Below are positions 11,084-23,710 of a DNA stretch of 64,000 nucleotides, piece by piece. Every line of letters starts with the position of its first letter. Position 1 is the first letter of the stretch. The stretch lies in assembly GCA_032718475.1 (NCBI GenBank), contig JAUCBJ010009116.1, positions 1 through 64,000 on the forward strand, in the 5' to 3' direction. This DNA comes from Nemertoderma westbladi. Its lineage: Eukaryota; Animalia; Xenacoelomorpha. The translations under genes and the position numbers were made by a program. The notes beneath the pieces were generated by a model. The model was given only the letters and a program-made list of their open reading frames with translations. It did not search any database and was not told the DNA's origin.

Positions 11084-11152
11084 ATAACAGTTATTGTCTT
11101 TATTGCAGTAAGCAATAAAGTTGAAAGTACCGGTCGACCGGTAAACCTGAAC

Positions 11153-11390
11153 CGGTACTGCTGTAGGTCCGTAGGCCCAACTGCCAGAATCGGTACTGCT
11201 GTAGGTCCGTAGGCCCAACTGCTTGAATCGGTACTGCTGTAGGTCCGTAGGCCCAACTGCCAGAATCGGTACTGCTGTAGGTCCGTAGGCCCAACTGCTT
11301 GAACCGGTACTGCTGTAGGTCCGTAGGCCCAACTGCCAGAATCGGTACTGCCGTAGATCTGTAGGCCCAACCGTCCTAACCGGTACTTCC
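11153..11390. repeat. 38-bp tandem repeat (~6 copies) in the B1 leader
   Basis: Unit CGGTACTGCTGTAGGTCCGTAGGCCCAACTGCCAGAAT at 11153, 11191, 11229, 11267, 11305, 11343. It is not amplified in B2. Confidence 0.95.
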
Positions 11391-11607
11391 AGTATAAGTA
11401 CATTAGTATTATTCGGTTTTGATTATTGTATACCGGTAGGTCTTAGTATTTAATCAGGGACTGCAGCCCTGGTTTTTTATTGAGACTTTACTTATTTCTG
11501 TCAGTTTTATTTCCTAGTAAGTTAATATTGAGCTGAAGACGTGTAAGTCTGCTCAGATTGTTCAGATAATTGTAGGCCGGACTGTTGTTGGGTTTGGAGG
11601 GATTACG

Positions 11608-12130
11608 GCGTGTGTAGAGTTTGTCTGATAGAGTGCCAGTTAGTAAGTTGGGGCAGCCATAGCTGTAAGGTCAATCCCCTCTTAAAGAATAAGTCATACT
11701 ACCGTGTTAGAACGCATACTAACTAACCATTTTGGAATCTGCACATACTGTAGTTTATTTAGGCTTGACAGTATTCTGCCAGCGTTTTGGTCTGTGTTTG
11801 TTTGTGTGGTCTGTTCAGGTACCGTAATAGTTATTACTCAGATATTTTGTAGGCTGGATTGTTGTCTAGCTATTATTAGGTCTGAAGAGATTGCTGCGTG
11901 TGTAGAGTTTGTCTGATAAAGTGCCAGTTAGTAAGTTGGGGCAGCCATAGCTGTAAGGTCAATCCCCTCTTAAAGAATAAGTCGTACTACCGTGTTAGAA
12001 CGCATACTAACTAACCATTTCGGAATCTATACGTACGGTAGTTTATTTAGGCTTGGTGGTAGTCTGCCAGCGTTTGGTTTGTATTTGTTTGAGTATTCTG
12101 TACGGGTAGCGTAATATTTATTATTCAGAG
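11608..12130. repeat. ~290-bp tandem duplication in the B1 leader
   Basis: GCGTGTGTAGAGTTTGTCTGATA... occurs at about 11608 and 11896. Confidence 0.85.
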
Positions 12131-13421
12131 TTTATGCGATTATTCGCAACATTCATGTCCCCAAGTTTATTCCTACAGTAATTGTGCTTGTTACACATAC
12201 CGTTATAGTTAAATTAACCCCGGTACTACACGGGCTGCTTGGCGTAGGAAAAGACTGGTGACTTTGTGCTTCGGTCACTCCAGCAGATGCCGTGGTTCTT
12301 TTAACTGTTCAAGTATATTTAACTACTGATTATTTGTTGTACCAGTACTTGTACCTAATTTAGGGTTTAGTGTACAGTGCTTTCCGAAAGTAATTAGTGT
12401 GTAGGCAGTATATTTGTGTTGTAAAGTGGTTAATAGGCACGTTGGATCTGGTAGTCCGCGGTAATTAACTTCTAGGTAGGAACACTCCATGATACATAAC
12501 GTAGTACCTATAGCGATACGGCTATAGGTCATCAGGCGGTGGTATTTTCCTATCTGGACAGTGCAATATATTTACTACTACTTATTATTTTCAAATACCG
12601 TAGTACCCTGTCCGTTGTAATAAACAGAATTCTAACCCTTCGTTAGACTGGTTTGTAGACTTCCTGTAAAATTACCCTAAAATTTCGTACGTAATATTTT
12701 TGTTGTGTTTAATTAGAGAATTAATCTCACCCGTATCGTAAGTAATTTGTAGTATTAAGTAACTTAGGTAAATTAGAATAATCTGTTTTAGTGTCCCATA
12801 AGTAGCACTTCACTGAGAGCGCACAGCTTCTGTGTAGTGACTTCCCCAGAAATAATAACATTTATTTCAAATATTGACAACACCCCTTTTAAACGGGTAT
12901 ATATCTATTATAAATCAACTCAAACGATTTATAAATAGTAGGCCTGCCATACAACAACTAGGTCTCAATATCAGTTGGACTACTGCTTAAATAGCGGTAA
13001 TAAAGTAAGTTAAAGTAACCAAGTAACCCTAAAATATTCAGAAATTCAATTATTCTAAAATAATTGACATACCGGTATTTACCATAGGCTTATTATATTT
13101 ATTTCTATAAATTTGGGCTGAAATCATACCGGTACTCTGTAATTAATTCTAGTTCATAATTATACTTATATATACTATAAGTGTAAGCTGTATACCGGTA
13201 TTCACGATAGGCCTATTATATATTTATATATATTTGTGCTAAATTTATATACCGGTACTCTGTGACAAAACTAGTTTACAATACTTATATATATTATAAG
13301 TGTATACCGGTATTCTAATATACTGCAATAAATTACCGGTACTAGGCCAACGGTCATACTGAATTAATAGACTTGCTTTAACTGTAACTATAGCAGTAGA
13401 CATTCAACTGTATAGCTAAAC

Positions 13422-16400
13422 ATGTCTGACACCCAGCAAAACCTGTCAGACAGTCTAATCGATACAACCATCTGTGACACAGATAGGAGTGTGGAGCGAT
13501 TAAGAAAGGAGTTCAGCTCACCTCCTACTGAAAGAAAGGTCATCCCTCCAGTAGTAGTATCAGACCCTAAGCTAATCCAACACCGTAGGTCTATCATCGG
13601 CACTCGGGCCCAAGTCAAACGGAACCAGGAAGCAGCTGTCCAACAGCAGCAACATCCTAGTCAAGAAACTTGTTCCCAGCGATCAGATAGCTCCAGTAGT
13701 TCGGATACTGTAGAGCTGACCCCCGAACGCGGATTGCAGATGGCGGCTACAGCCTACTCGGACCCCCTTCTCACCCTTCCTGCCGCAGTACTAACTACTA
13801 TATTGATTGCGGTGGAAGAACATCAAGCCGATTGGGCGAGAAGTATGAGAGCGACCCAAGATAATTATGCGGGATACGCCAGGGAAGAATTGATGTCTAT
13901 TGTCGAGTCACAATGGAACTTTCCCGGACCCGGACTCCCGTTAGATTTGTCCGAAGCTACTTGGGAAGATATACACAGGATGGGAGTGGCTAAAGATACG
14001 ATGGATCCAGCTGTTTGGAAGAGGTCGGCAGCAGGATATGTGCAGGGATTCTTCGGCTCCTTAGAGCGATTGGAAGAACAATTGTTTCGACAACCCCAAG
14101 GACCTCAAGAGCAGGAAGAGCTGCTTTATCAAATACGTGAAAGAACCCTACGCATTAGACTAATCCTATCAGCCTTTGAGGAAACTTCCAAAAGAAGACA
14201 GGACACGTCGCTGCAGGTTGCTGTCAAAACTTGGTTCCAGCGGGTAGGTCTCAAAGTACAAGAAACGGACCAGTGGAAATCCCAGCTGTCTGAGAGACTA
14301 ACCTATGAAGAACCAACCGATGCCACCCTTTCTCAAGTAGAAGGCGAAGAGACCGCAGAGAGACCACGAACGAGAGACGCCATCGACATTTATCTGTCCG
14401 ACTATCAGCGATTCCTAGGAGACGAAGAGTTGAGGAGACGGCTGTCTGGTCTTTCCCCTAATAGTGAAGGAACCCAGCGTGTGTTAGACTCAATCGATGC
14501 TGAAATGTTAGCTGCTAACCAAGCTGAATTTGATAAAAAACTCCGCCTCACTAAGAGTCCAAGAAGAACAGGTAAAGAAAAGGCGGATAGAGGACCGAAA
14601 GGCAGCTGCAGTAACAGCGGCAATGGCCGAAGTGGAAGCAGAAAGAAAAGCAGCAAAGGCAGTGGCAGAAGCAGAACGGAGAGCCTCTGAGGAGACTACC
14701 CAACTGGAGTTGGAAAATCTGCAAGAGACGCAAGACAACATAAATAAACAGTTAACTGCTAGTCACATGCAGATGATGAGAAGATCTACTCCCAAACGCC
14801 AGGGATATACGTCATCGGAGGAAAGCGAAACCACCGATCCTGAAGGCGGAGGAAATAGATCTCGTCTAAGCAGGCGTAGAAAAACATCTTACCGTCACAA
14901 ATTGCCTGATTTGCCCCCAGCTGTGAGAAGGCAACTAGCTAGCACAGACTTAGGTAGAATAGAACCTACAGACCAAATTATTAAGGTCAAAAAACTCCCT
15001 ACTATAGGGAGTATAATGAGCCTGAAATAATTAGGCCTGTCGTTACCAAAGTCACTCCTGCGCTAGAGACCCCTGTACTTCCAGAGCTTAACTCTAAGTT
15101 CCCTTTACACAGTACTACACTGCCTGTACCTGGTAGAACAGTCCATGAGAATATCCCTGTCCTGGAAGCTGAGAGAGAAATCAAAGATTTGTCTCCCGCC
15201 GTCCCGCGTCAGCCCGCTACAATGTTGGCGACTCCCGCTTCGGCGGTTGAGTGGGTAGAGGAGGGACGGCGGGGGATGAATCTCCTGCTCGGACAGATGC
15301 AGGAGACTGTCCACCAACTTAAGGGAACAGTAAGGGAAGGTAGGGCCGAATTGCAAGAAGTGCAGCAAAGTATCGCGCTAGAACGCGTCAAATTAGTCAA
15401 CATACAAAAGGGTATACCCATACCCCCTGTAACATTGTGTCAACCTGTTAGGTCTGAAGTATTACATGCGCAAGGTGTGGAGCCTACACGCATCTATACT
15501 GCTAGTGAAGTAGAAACTCCTATAGCAAACCCTATTAGGGGTGATTATAAACCTGTTGTTGATGATATTCCCTATAGACCTGATAATAATCCGGGAAATT
15601 TATATACCAATAATTCGATATTAAATAACACGATGGCCCAAGAAAGCTTTACGCGTCAGATGGCTAGAACAGAAGCCCGCCAAGCGGTCAAAGTGGGAGA
15701 AATCGTCAAATTCAATGGAGATGAGATGAAATGGTTACCTTTCAATGAATATTACAAAGATAGCATACAGAACTCTGTACTATCTAACGGAGAGAAACTT
15801 AGATTCCTCATCAAGTGCTTGGAAGGACCTCCCAAGTTAATGGCGTTAAAGTTTATTGGACATCCAGATGGATTAAGACAAGTTTGGGATATATTAAACA
15901 TCAGGTATGGTAACAAGGATAACATAGCTAAGTATTTGTATGCAAAATTAGTAGCCTCCCGAAAGTTCCTTAGTAGCGGGATTATAGAGTTTTCCGATGA
16001 GATTCAGGAGATCTGTAGACAATTGGATTGGTTAGGTAAGTCTCATGAATATCAGAGTTCCATGGTTATTGGAGCCGTAGTCTCTACTTTACCAAAGGGT
16101 GGAGTATGTACACGCTGGGACAAGAAAGTGTTGTATATGAATGAGCAGCAACGACGAGGCCCTACCATGGCTGATCTCATGTCCTTCTTAGATAGTGAAG
16201 TAAAATTACAACTCATAAAGCAGTCCAGAGAGAAAACATCGGAAAATAAGGTAAGTGAGAAACCCGTTTCTAGGAGAAGGGTAACACCAGTGTGTTATAC
16301 TGACGACGGCGAAAGCCAAGCATCTCAAGAAGAGGACAGCGGGAAAGACACAGCAAAATCTTACTATGACAAATTTTACTACGTTAACAAAACCTCAAAA

Positions 16401-17990
16401 GACGTAAGTAAATACAAGGCTCGAACCAACGATAGGAGAGAACAGGTTGCCAAGACTCCTCTTCAGTCTCCTAAGAGAATTCACGGAAGAAAGCCCGAAG
16501 AAAGAACGAGAGTGCATAACGTTACCCAAGGTAAAGTGAGTAACATCAAACCAAAATGTGCGCTGTGCGACGGGCCCCACCGTTTGAGTGTGTGTGCTGA
16601 ATTCCTAAAGAAATCCTTGGTAGACAGACGTGAAGTCATGTGGGATAAGCGGTTATGCTATAATTGCCTCAGACAAGGACACCAACGGCGAACCTGTTAC
16701 TCCGACGTAAAGTGTGCAAAGTGCGGTGCGAAACATCACATCTTGTTACACAGTGAATTCGAACGAAACAACCCGAGTCAGGTAAGTGAGCCCGAACTAC
16801 ATGTCCAATTCAGTGATGTAAATGACACTGATCAAGAATCTGAGATGGAAGGATTCTATACGGACGAATTCTCCGACGCCAACGAATCCTGTTACCTAAT
16901 AAATACCGCAGTGTATCGAGCACTTACGTATGAAAAGGACACCGATAATGAGTTCCCCCCAACTACCTTTGACAGACAACCATCTTGGAAACCTCCAACT
17001 TCCAACGTAGGAATCAGAGAATTTCCTGTAGTGCAGGTAAGAGTTCACGGTCCTAACAAAAGTTACATAGTGAACGCCCTCCTTGACTCCGGCAGCACAG
17101 GAACATTCATCGATCAAGAACTAGCCGAAGACATCTTTGCTGGACAACCCAAATTCCGAACTAAGTTGAATATGTCAGGAATTATGCAGGTTTGGAAATC
17201 TACCATAACGGCAGATTACTATGTAGGTGCGTTGTCCACCCCCCAGGATAAATTAGGAGAACAAAGTATAAGGTCAGTAAAAATGGTGGCTATAAAGAAC
17301 TTCGCTACTACCCAAGTAGAACCTTATAACTGGGACGAGGACGAGAGCATCCAGCAGTTTAAGATACCTCGATTCCACACAGATTATCCTGGAGTGCAAA
17401 TACTCATCGGCCAAAACGCGCATGAGGCGCTAGAGACATTGGAGAAACGGCCTGCTCAACCACAGCCACTACAAACCTATGCGGTAAGAACTAGAGTAGG
17501 TTGGTACTTCACTGGCCCTTCCCGTAGAACTCTCAAAGAGAGATTACCTCAACAACAGGTATACCAAGTAAAGGAATGGGAAGTGGAGAGCAGTGAGGTG
17601 GACGAACTAACTGAGGGAACACCATACTCCTCAGATAATGACGATATTAACTCCAATGTAGATAAATGGAGACATTGCCTTGGGACGATTAATCCAGCCG
17701 ACATCGCTTCCAGAGGAGCAACTCCTCAAGAACTGATAGATACTCCAGGCTGGTTAGGTGGATCCGACTTCTTAAGTAAAGAAGAAGAAGAATGGCCTCC
17801 TCATCTTACCACGGCGGAGATTAGACAGGCCAAGGGAGCGGAGAAAGTAACACAACAACTCAATCGCCCAGCTGGTCGTTTATGTTTACTGGAAAGAGAC
17901 CGAAAACTGTCCGGAAACTATGGAAGGCAAGATACTCTTCCTACGACCACTTCCCTAATCCGACAAATATCTAGGGACTCCATAACATAA
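13422..17990 (+). pseudogene. B1 gag-protease polyprotein (two frameshifts, ~14535 and ~15015), RT/RNaseH/IN deleted
   Basis: ORFs 13422-14690, 14530-15030 and 15189-17990. Motifs: KFNGDEMKWLPF Gag core; CALCDGPHRLSVC / CYNCLRQGHQRRTC / CAKCGAKHHILLH; ALLDSGS. These are followed directly by WRHCLGTINPADIASRG and the terminal RPAGRLCLLE. Confidence 0.9.
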
Positions 17991-19639
17991 TAACATATGG
18001 AGTGGGCGTGTGACTATATCATTTTATATTTGTTTTTATTTTATATTTATGTATGTATTATTATGTAATTTTATTATAATCGTTTTCTTTAATTTTATTT
18101 AGTAGAATGTTCTTTTAGTGATTATTTAGTAGATTAGTGCAATATATTAGTGTTTATTACGTACGTAATTACTTATAATATATATTTAGTGCGACGGCGA
18201 GAAATAATTATTTTTTCTCTTTCTTTACTGTCCGTATCATATTATAAATACGTGACTACAGTAAGATGAAATGTCCGTACTTATTAAAGTACAATAAAGC
18301 CACTACTATATTCAAGTATTATTGGTAGGCAGAGTATTAGGAATACAAAGTTCAGATCCTCGTGTCTCGGCTAAACCAAGCTCTGGGTAGACCTTGGAAA
18401 CGACTTGCCTCTTCACACTGACATTGCTTCGTGCGATATTGCTCTCACACCATATATAATAATACATATAGTAGCGTGATGTCCCTCTAACAGTAGCGTA
18501 TAACGCAAAATAAAGCTGTTAAACCCTTTGACCATCTGCAATTCTAGTCGATTAAGATATCGCGGCACCCACCGATATACTTGAAAGACAAATTCTAGAA
18601 TCAGTGGTTAACGTCCCCAGACCAGTTCTGGAATAAATTGGTGCCCATCTCAAATATTAATTATTTAATATTTATAAATCTATAAATCAAAATCTGTAAA
18701 ATTCAGATCCTTTAACAATTCTAGTCGATTAAGATATCGTAGCACTTACCGATACTCTTAAAAGACAATTTTCATAGAATTAAGGATCCTATGTTCCCAG
18801 ACCTGCTCTGGAATCAAATTGTGTCAATTGTACTATCAAATAATAAAATTTCAGGGAATAAATTTAAATTCATATTTTAATGAATTTGATAAATTGTCAT
18901 TCTGTGCAATTTATAACATTCCCAAAATCCCATTAATTAATAGATCACGGGAGCGGAGATTCATCCTATTAATTGTGTTAGAGTGTGAGAATCTCCCATG
19001 TATGAGTCAATAGCCGATAAAATTTATAAAATCATGTATAAACGAGATATTGGACCATTAAAGAATTACTATTAGGTAGCATCCCAGATCTGTGTGCATT
19101 GGAATTAACCTAATTCTACCGCTAGCTTTCCATAATGTCACCATAGTAACACCCACGCTAGAATTAGAAGCAAGTTAAAAAGAACAATAGAAAGCTTGCC
19201 CCATTGCATAGTAAGAAATAAATAGCGCACTGCTAGTATCCAAGGATACATAATAATAACGTGGCATTCTGGAAGGCACTGACTAACGGACAAATGGCCC
19301 GAGTATGTGTAATTTGTGACAGTTGTGTGTGTGGAATTTGTGAGTTTATAGGCGAATGTTACTACTAAGGTGTGTTTACAGTAGCGAGTCGCAATTGTGA
19401 AAGTAACCCTAACTCTCCAGTAAGAACCTGAAGTGTATCTAAGCCTTTGGGACGGACAGTGGAGTGACTCGTGCTAGTGTCGTTGTCGTTGTGTAGCTAC
19501 ATGTTGGCGGAAAACACAGCGGCGACGATACATTTGCGCTGAGGCTCTTACACTGTCCGGGGGCTGATTGGGGTAGGCAGCGACGCTCGCTAGCCTAATT
19601 ATAAGCTCATTATAATATTAATAAACTCATATATAGCAG

Positions 19640-20927
19640 ATATAACGGAGTTGATAGAAGATGGTCTTGGTATCGGGGAGCGATATACTCTACCTTTACA
19701 AGTTTTTGTTGATAGCTTGATACGCGGCGACGCTAGTCCAACTACTACGGAGGACGATGGTCGTTATATCGAACCGACGATTTCCTAGAAGCAACTTACG
19801 CGTGAATTGGACTATGGAAAATTCACCGCTCGCTACACGCATCGTAATAGTACGTATATGGACTTCTTAACCATTGGCCATTCTATCGATTCATACGATA
19901 CGGACTATGTCGAACATATATCCTACCCAGCGGAGTCGGAACGATAAACTGAAATTCGAATGCGAAAATTCTATTCGAAATCGACTCGAAAGAAAAGACA
20001 TTAGAGAGACAAATGGACGCGGTAACTCTAACGTATATTTTGGAATTCTTGATAGAAGCATTGTAACAACAAATAAATATCATCCGCGTTTCCCCTACCA
20101 GACGTGCGTCTTTGGTATTATTACGATAAATGCCCTAGACCCAACTAATAAACAGAAAGACATAAACATCCACGGAAACCGAAACTTGTTTGACATATCA
20201 CCTACGCTCGCTCGACTCAGACGATCCTTGAGTAAACCTACGATCATAGTTCTGGAATACTCGGTCAGACCACCTCGTTCCTTGATTAGACCTCAGACTT
20301 TCGATTCTGATGGTATCCCGGATCCTCACGAGCTGTATTCACTGTTCAAAGATCTAGTGCTACCCTAACAATTAATCGGTAACACTCCAGCAGCGAGCTC
20401 TAGCTAGCCGCCCATCTTACCTAGCCGTATTGGGACGCGGACACCTAATATCACCATTCAACCGTATGGTCGTCCCAGTTTAACGCGATACAACCCTTCA
20501 TCAAGTTGAAGGAGAACGTTGTACGAAACGAGTTAAACGCTATTCTACAAAGATCAGAAAGGAAACCTGCGTTTGTTCAGATAAACGTAAGTTATAACAG
20601 CAAGTCCAAGCGGTAAACGAATTGGCTTTATCTCAGTTCGATTGGGAAATCTTGAATCTCTAAGAAGATATCGAGCTTAGACAACCCTATTCTCTGCGAG
20701 AGTTTTGGACGAGCGTGTCTAACGACAAGCGGAGGAAAATCAGCTCGAGGAGAAGCAGATCAAAATGGACGAGACACTGACCGTAACCCTAAACCTTCTG
20801 ATGCAATTGTATTGCACCCTTCACCCAGGAGTTATAGCCTCCTAGTAAAGTGGCTCGCTCCAAAGAGAAAAGGACTCTTGCTAGTCTCAAGAAACTGCGT
20901 AAACGCCGTCCGCGCAAGAAAAACTAA
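19640..20927 (+). pseudogene. B1 degenerate accessory 3' ORF (unknown function)
   Basis: Colinear with B2 40783-39234 (LTRELDY, TQRSRNDKL, ELYSLFKDLVLP, SDAIVLHPS, KKLRKRR), with stops and frameshifts. Confidence 0.7.
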
Positions 20928-21005
20928 CTGTTTAGAGTATCTTTATATTTTAGAAACTGTGATTTTTTATATTTTATAGACTAAAATCCCATTTTCTGGG
21001 AGCGG

Positions 21006-22225
21006 TGTAAAAGCTTTTGCGGAATTGCCCGGTTATTTTCCCCGTAAAGTACTCTGTAGTTGGTTTAGCAGGCATAAAAGGCCGTGTCATTGCTGTACCG
21101 GTGTTTTTAGGGGACATAAAAGCTATTTCTTCTGTATGTGTACTTTAGAGGACATAATTAGCAATTCTATGACGCAACGCCCTAGATCCTCTTGAAACAG
21201 TGTCGTTACTATGACGACAGCTAACGGCTGAGCTTTACATGTGTAGCTTGCTCAGAGCCTTGCCTTGGTTCTTTGTTCTGCTCAGCTCAAAATGACGACA
21301 TCTATCAGCTGTGTCCACGTGGAGCTCTTTGCCATTCGACCAATCAGAGATTCCCTCTTTGTGTAAAAGCTGTACAGCAGAATTACAGGGTTCAGTACTG
21401 ACGTTTCCCCCACGCCTAGAACACCGGCCGGGGAATGTTTTCTGACATTAGAGCGTCTTTAATTATAAGATCATCAAACGGTTATCACGGTTTTGCACCT
21501 CGGCATCTGATTAATCACCCTGACGTAAACTGCTTTTCGCCGCATTATTTACTGCTATTTACTGTGTTGTTAATTGTATCGTTCGTTTACATATTATTAT
21601 TGGGAAGAATATTGATAACGATCCGAAAACCCAATCTTCTTGATACACTAAGGTTAGAGAGACCGGTTACATATAACAATTTGCGACATACATTATCGTG
21701 GTTTGTAGTGAGTTAAATGCTACTTAATAGGCCCTACAAATGTCGGTTGTTATTCTCTTTATATATGATTAAAATCAGTGAATGTCGGCAATTCAGTGTG
21801 CAGTTGTGTGCAATAGTCTGTGTGTACTTGACCGAGTAACAAAGCATTTCCTAAAGAATGCACTTTGGTGATCTATAAGACATACTGTTGTGTATAGTGT
21901 AAGTCATAGCTCTGTTTAAATAGATAGAGCGCCACGTCCTAAAGGAACTGCTAATATTTCCCGAAAGTGAATAATATTCGTCAGAGATTATATATTAACG
22001 ATCAATCGAATAGTACGGTAGGCCTGCACCGCAATCAAATTAAAGCATCCAAATCCAGTCTCCCGGGTATATCCAGCGGGTGAATGGTCGCGCACAGACT
22101 GGCTTTGGCTAATGTTAGAATTATTATAGGTGTTCAATACTTGTCATAGGCTGGAGTAGATTTATAACCTAGAAGACATATAGATTTGGCGGGTTAAACT
22201 GCCAAAGGTCTTAAAAGCGCGAACA
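21006..22225 (+). repeat. 3' LTR of B1 (~1.22 kb), preceded by PPT-position motif CCCATTTTCTGGGAGCGG
   Basis: TGTAAAAGCTTTTGCGG...AAGCGCGAACA, clearly diverged from the B1 5' LTR. Confidence 0.9.
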
Positions 22226-23059
22226 CCCACTCGTCATCATTCCAACCGCGTTACTTTCGTTCCCGTACGATAAATAGTAGCCGAGTTATTACGGATCCCG
22301 CAAAGTCATTTTGTCCGTTTTTTCAACTTTGACGGACAATAGCCGGAAAACAAGCCCGGAGGCGGGGTATTCCAAGAAGTGGAAACGTCTAATTTAGACC
22401 CCCTCTTTCGATTCTCGGTGTCTCTGGATGCGTCAAATAGAGGTTTTTTAAGAGTCCTAGTGTAAAAAAAGACAAAAAAACCAGACAATTGTCCGTCATG
22501 TCCGTCAAAACGATAGATTCGCTAAAAGCTCTGAAGAATCTTATTTTTTTGGCATTACGCGTCTCCCCTCGAAAAATCGAGAAAATCGTACCTCGGGAAA
22601 TAGGTCGAATGGGGGGGGGGGGGGGGAACACCATTTTCGCAGTAACTACGCGTCCAGTATGTAGACTGCGTCCTTTAGGTGGGGCGGCGAATTCACCTCA
22701 CTCAACGCCGCCCATACTGAATGTTTTTAAAAAATGTTTCTTCCCACCAAGTCTCCCTTCGAAATAAACTCCAAAGCCCATGTTATGGTTATGGATATGG
22801 CCCATTATATTATAACGATGTTATGTTGGATAATATAATACCTATAATACAATTGAGGACGAATTCCACTTCACATGCAATTGCCCTGTGTTGAAGCGAA
22901 ACACCTAAAAGTTGGCGGATACTCCTACTTCCTTTAATTCAATTCACATAATGTATAAATTTACATCCATTCCAAACAAAGGAAATCTGGTAGGCTTTTA
23001 TGGCACAATCTTACGGTGTAAACACAGACCTGATAAATACTCGATGTAGTGTAACCTAC

Positions 23060-23299
23060 CTATAGGCGGTTGACCTTTAATAGACGCGAACCCGGGATGC
23101 AGTATGTCGCTGCTGGGGTAAACAAATTGGTATATAAAGTTCAATGAACTTTGACCTGTTGCTGATAGCTGGTACTCGGTTCCGACGCCGAAGATAACTA
23201 CAACCCATTGGCCAATGATGTTGCCATGGCCACCAATTTGTAGTACAGTTAATGAATCAATCGGCTCTTGTAGAAAGACAGGATCAGATAATATCGACC
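23060..23299 (-). CDS. Host VWA7/hemicentin-like gene, exon (SILSDPVFLQEPIDSLTVLQIGGHGNIIGQWVVVIFGVGTEYQLSATGQSSLNFIYQFVYPSSDILHPGFASIKGQPPIG)
   Basis: Acceptor tttttag|, donor g|gtaggt, 240 bp, phase 1-1. The GxW...GQSSLNF...HPG motif resembles the VWA7 post-vWA domain. Confidence 0.85.
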
Positions 23300-23574
23300 C
23301 TAAAAATAAAACAGCATGTACGGTAACAACTTGTTACTATGTAAAGACCGGTAACTCTTAAACAATAATCTCAAACGGTACTGACATATTATGTAATATT
23401 ATGGTTTTGTTCAGAAATGGAAAAAATGAGAAAGCGCGTCACCGGGTGTTGAACCAGCAGCGCTATACTATATTACACTGGTCAATCACAAAACAAAGCA
23501 TAGGGTGGGCGTTCCTATCTTTTAGAGGTAGATATAACAATATTATCTAGAGTAGTGTTCTACACTCCACTTAC

Positions 23575-23710
23575 CATCGGGTCTAATCAATGTGTAGTTC
23601 CTTACATCTCCTGTAATCATTATGGTAACATTGGTAACAGTCTCATCAACAGTAATCGTATGTCGGGTGCCATTTGGGGAACTTATATTAGATTCCTTTA
23701 GCAATGTGAC
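23575..23710 (-). CDS. Host VWA7/hemicentin-like gene, exon (VTLLKESNISSPNGTRHTITVDETVTNVTIMITGDVRNYTLIRPDG)
   Basis: Acceptor catgcag|, donor g|gtaagt, phase 0-1. It matches the VD..V..VTI.I.G....L..P.G pattern that follows the vWA domain. Confidence 0.85.

Larger units (their letters stand above)
9912..22225 (+). mobile_element. Bel/Pao LTR retrotransposon, family B copy B1 (non-autonomous, gag+protease; mismatched LTRs)
   Basis: LTRs at 9912-11083 and 21006-22225 (TGTAAAAGC...CGCG[T/A]ACA). Gag has the Bel-type triple zinc knuckle and protease LLDSGS. No RT or integrase is present. Confidence 0.92.

Noticed and set aside
22231-22780. Possible DNA-transposon fragment / ORFs after the B1 3' LTR
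   Set aside because: No terminal repeats or recognisable protein motifs could be established.
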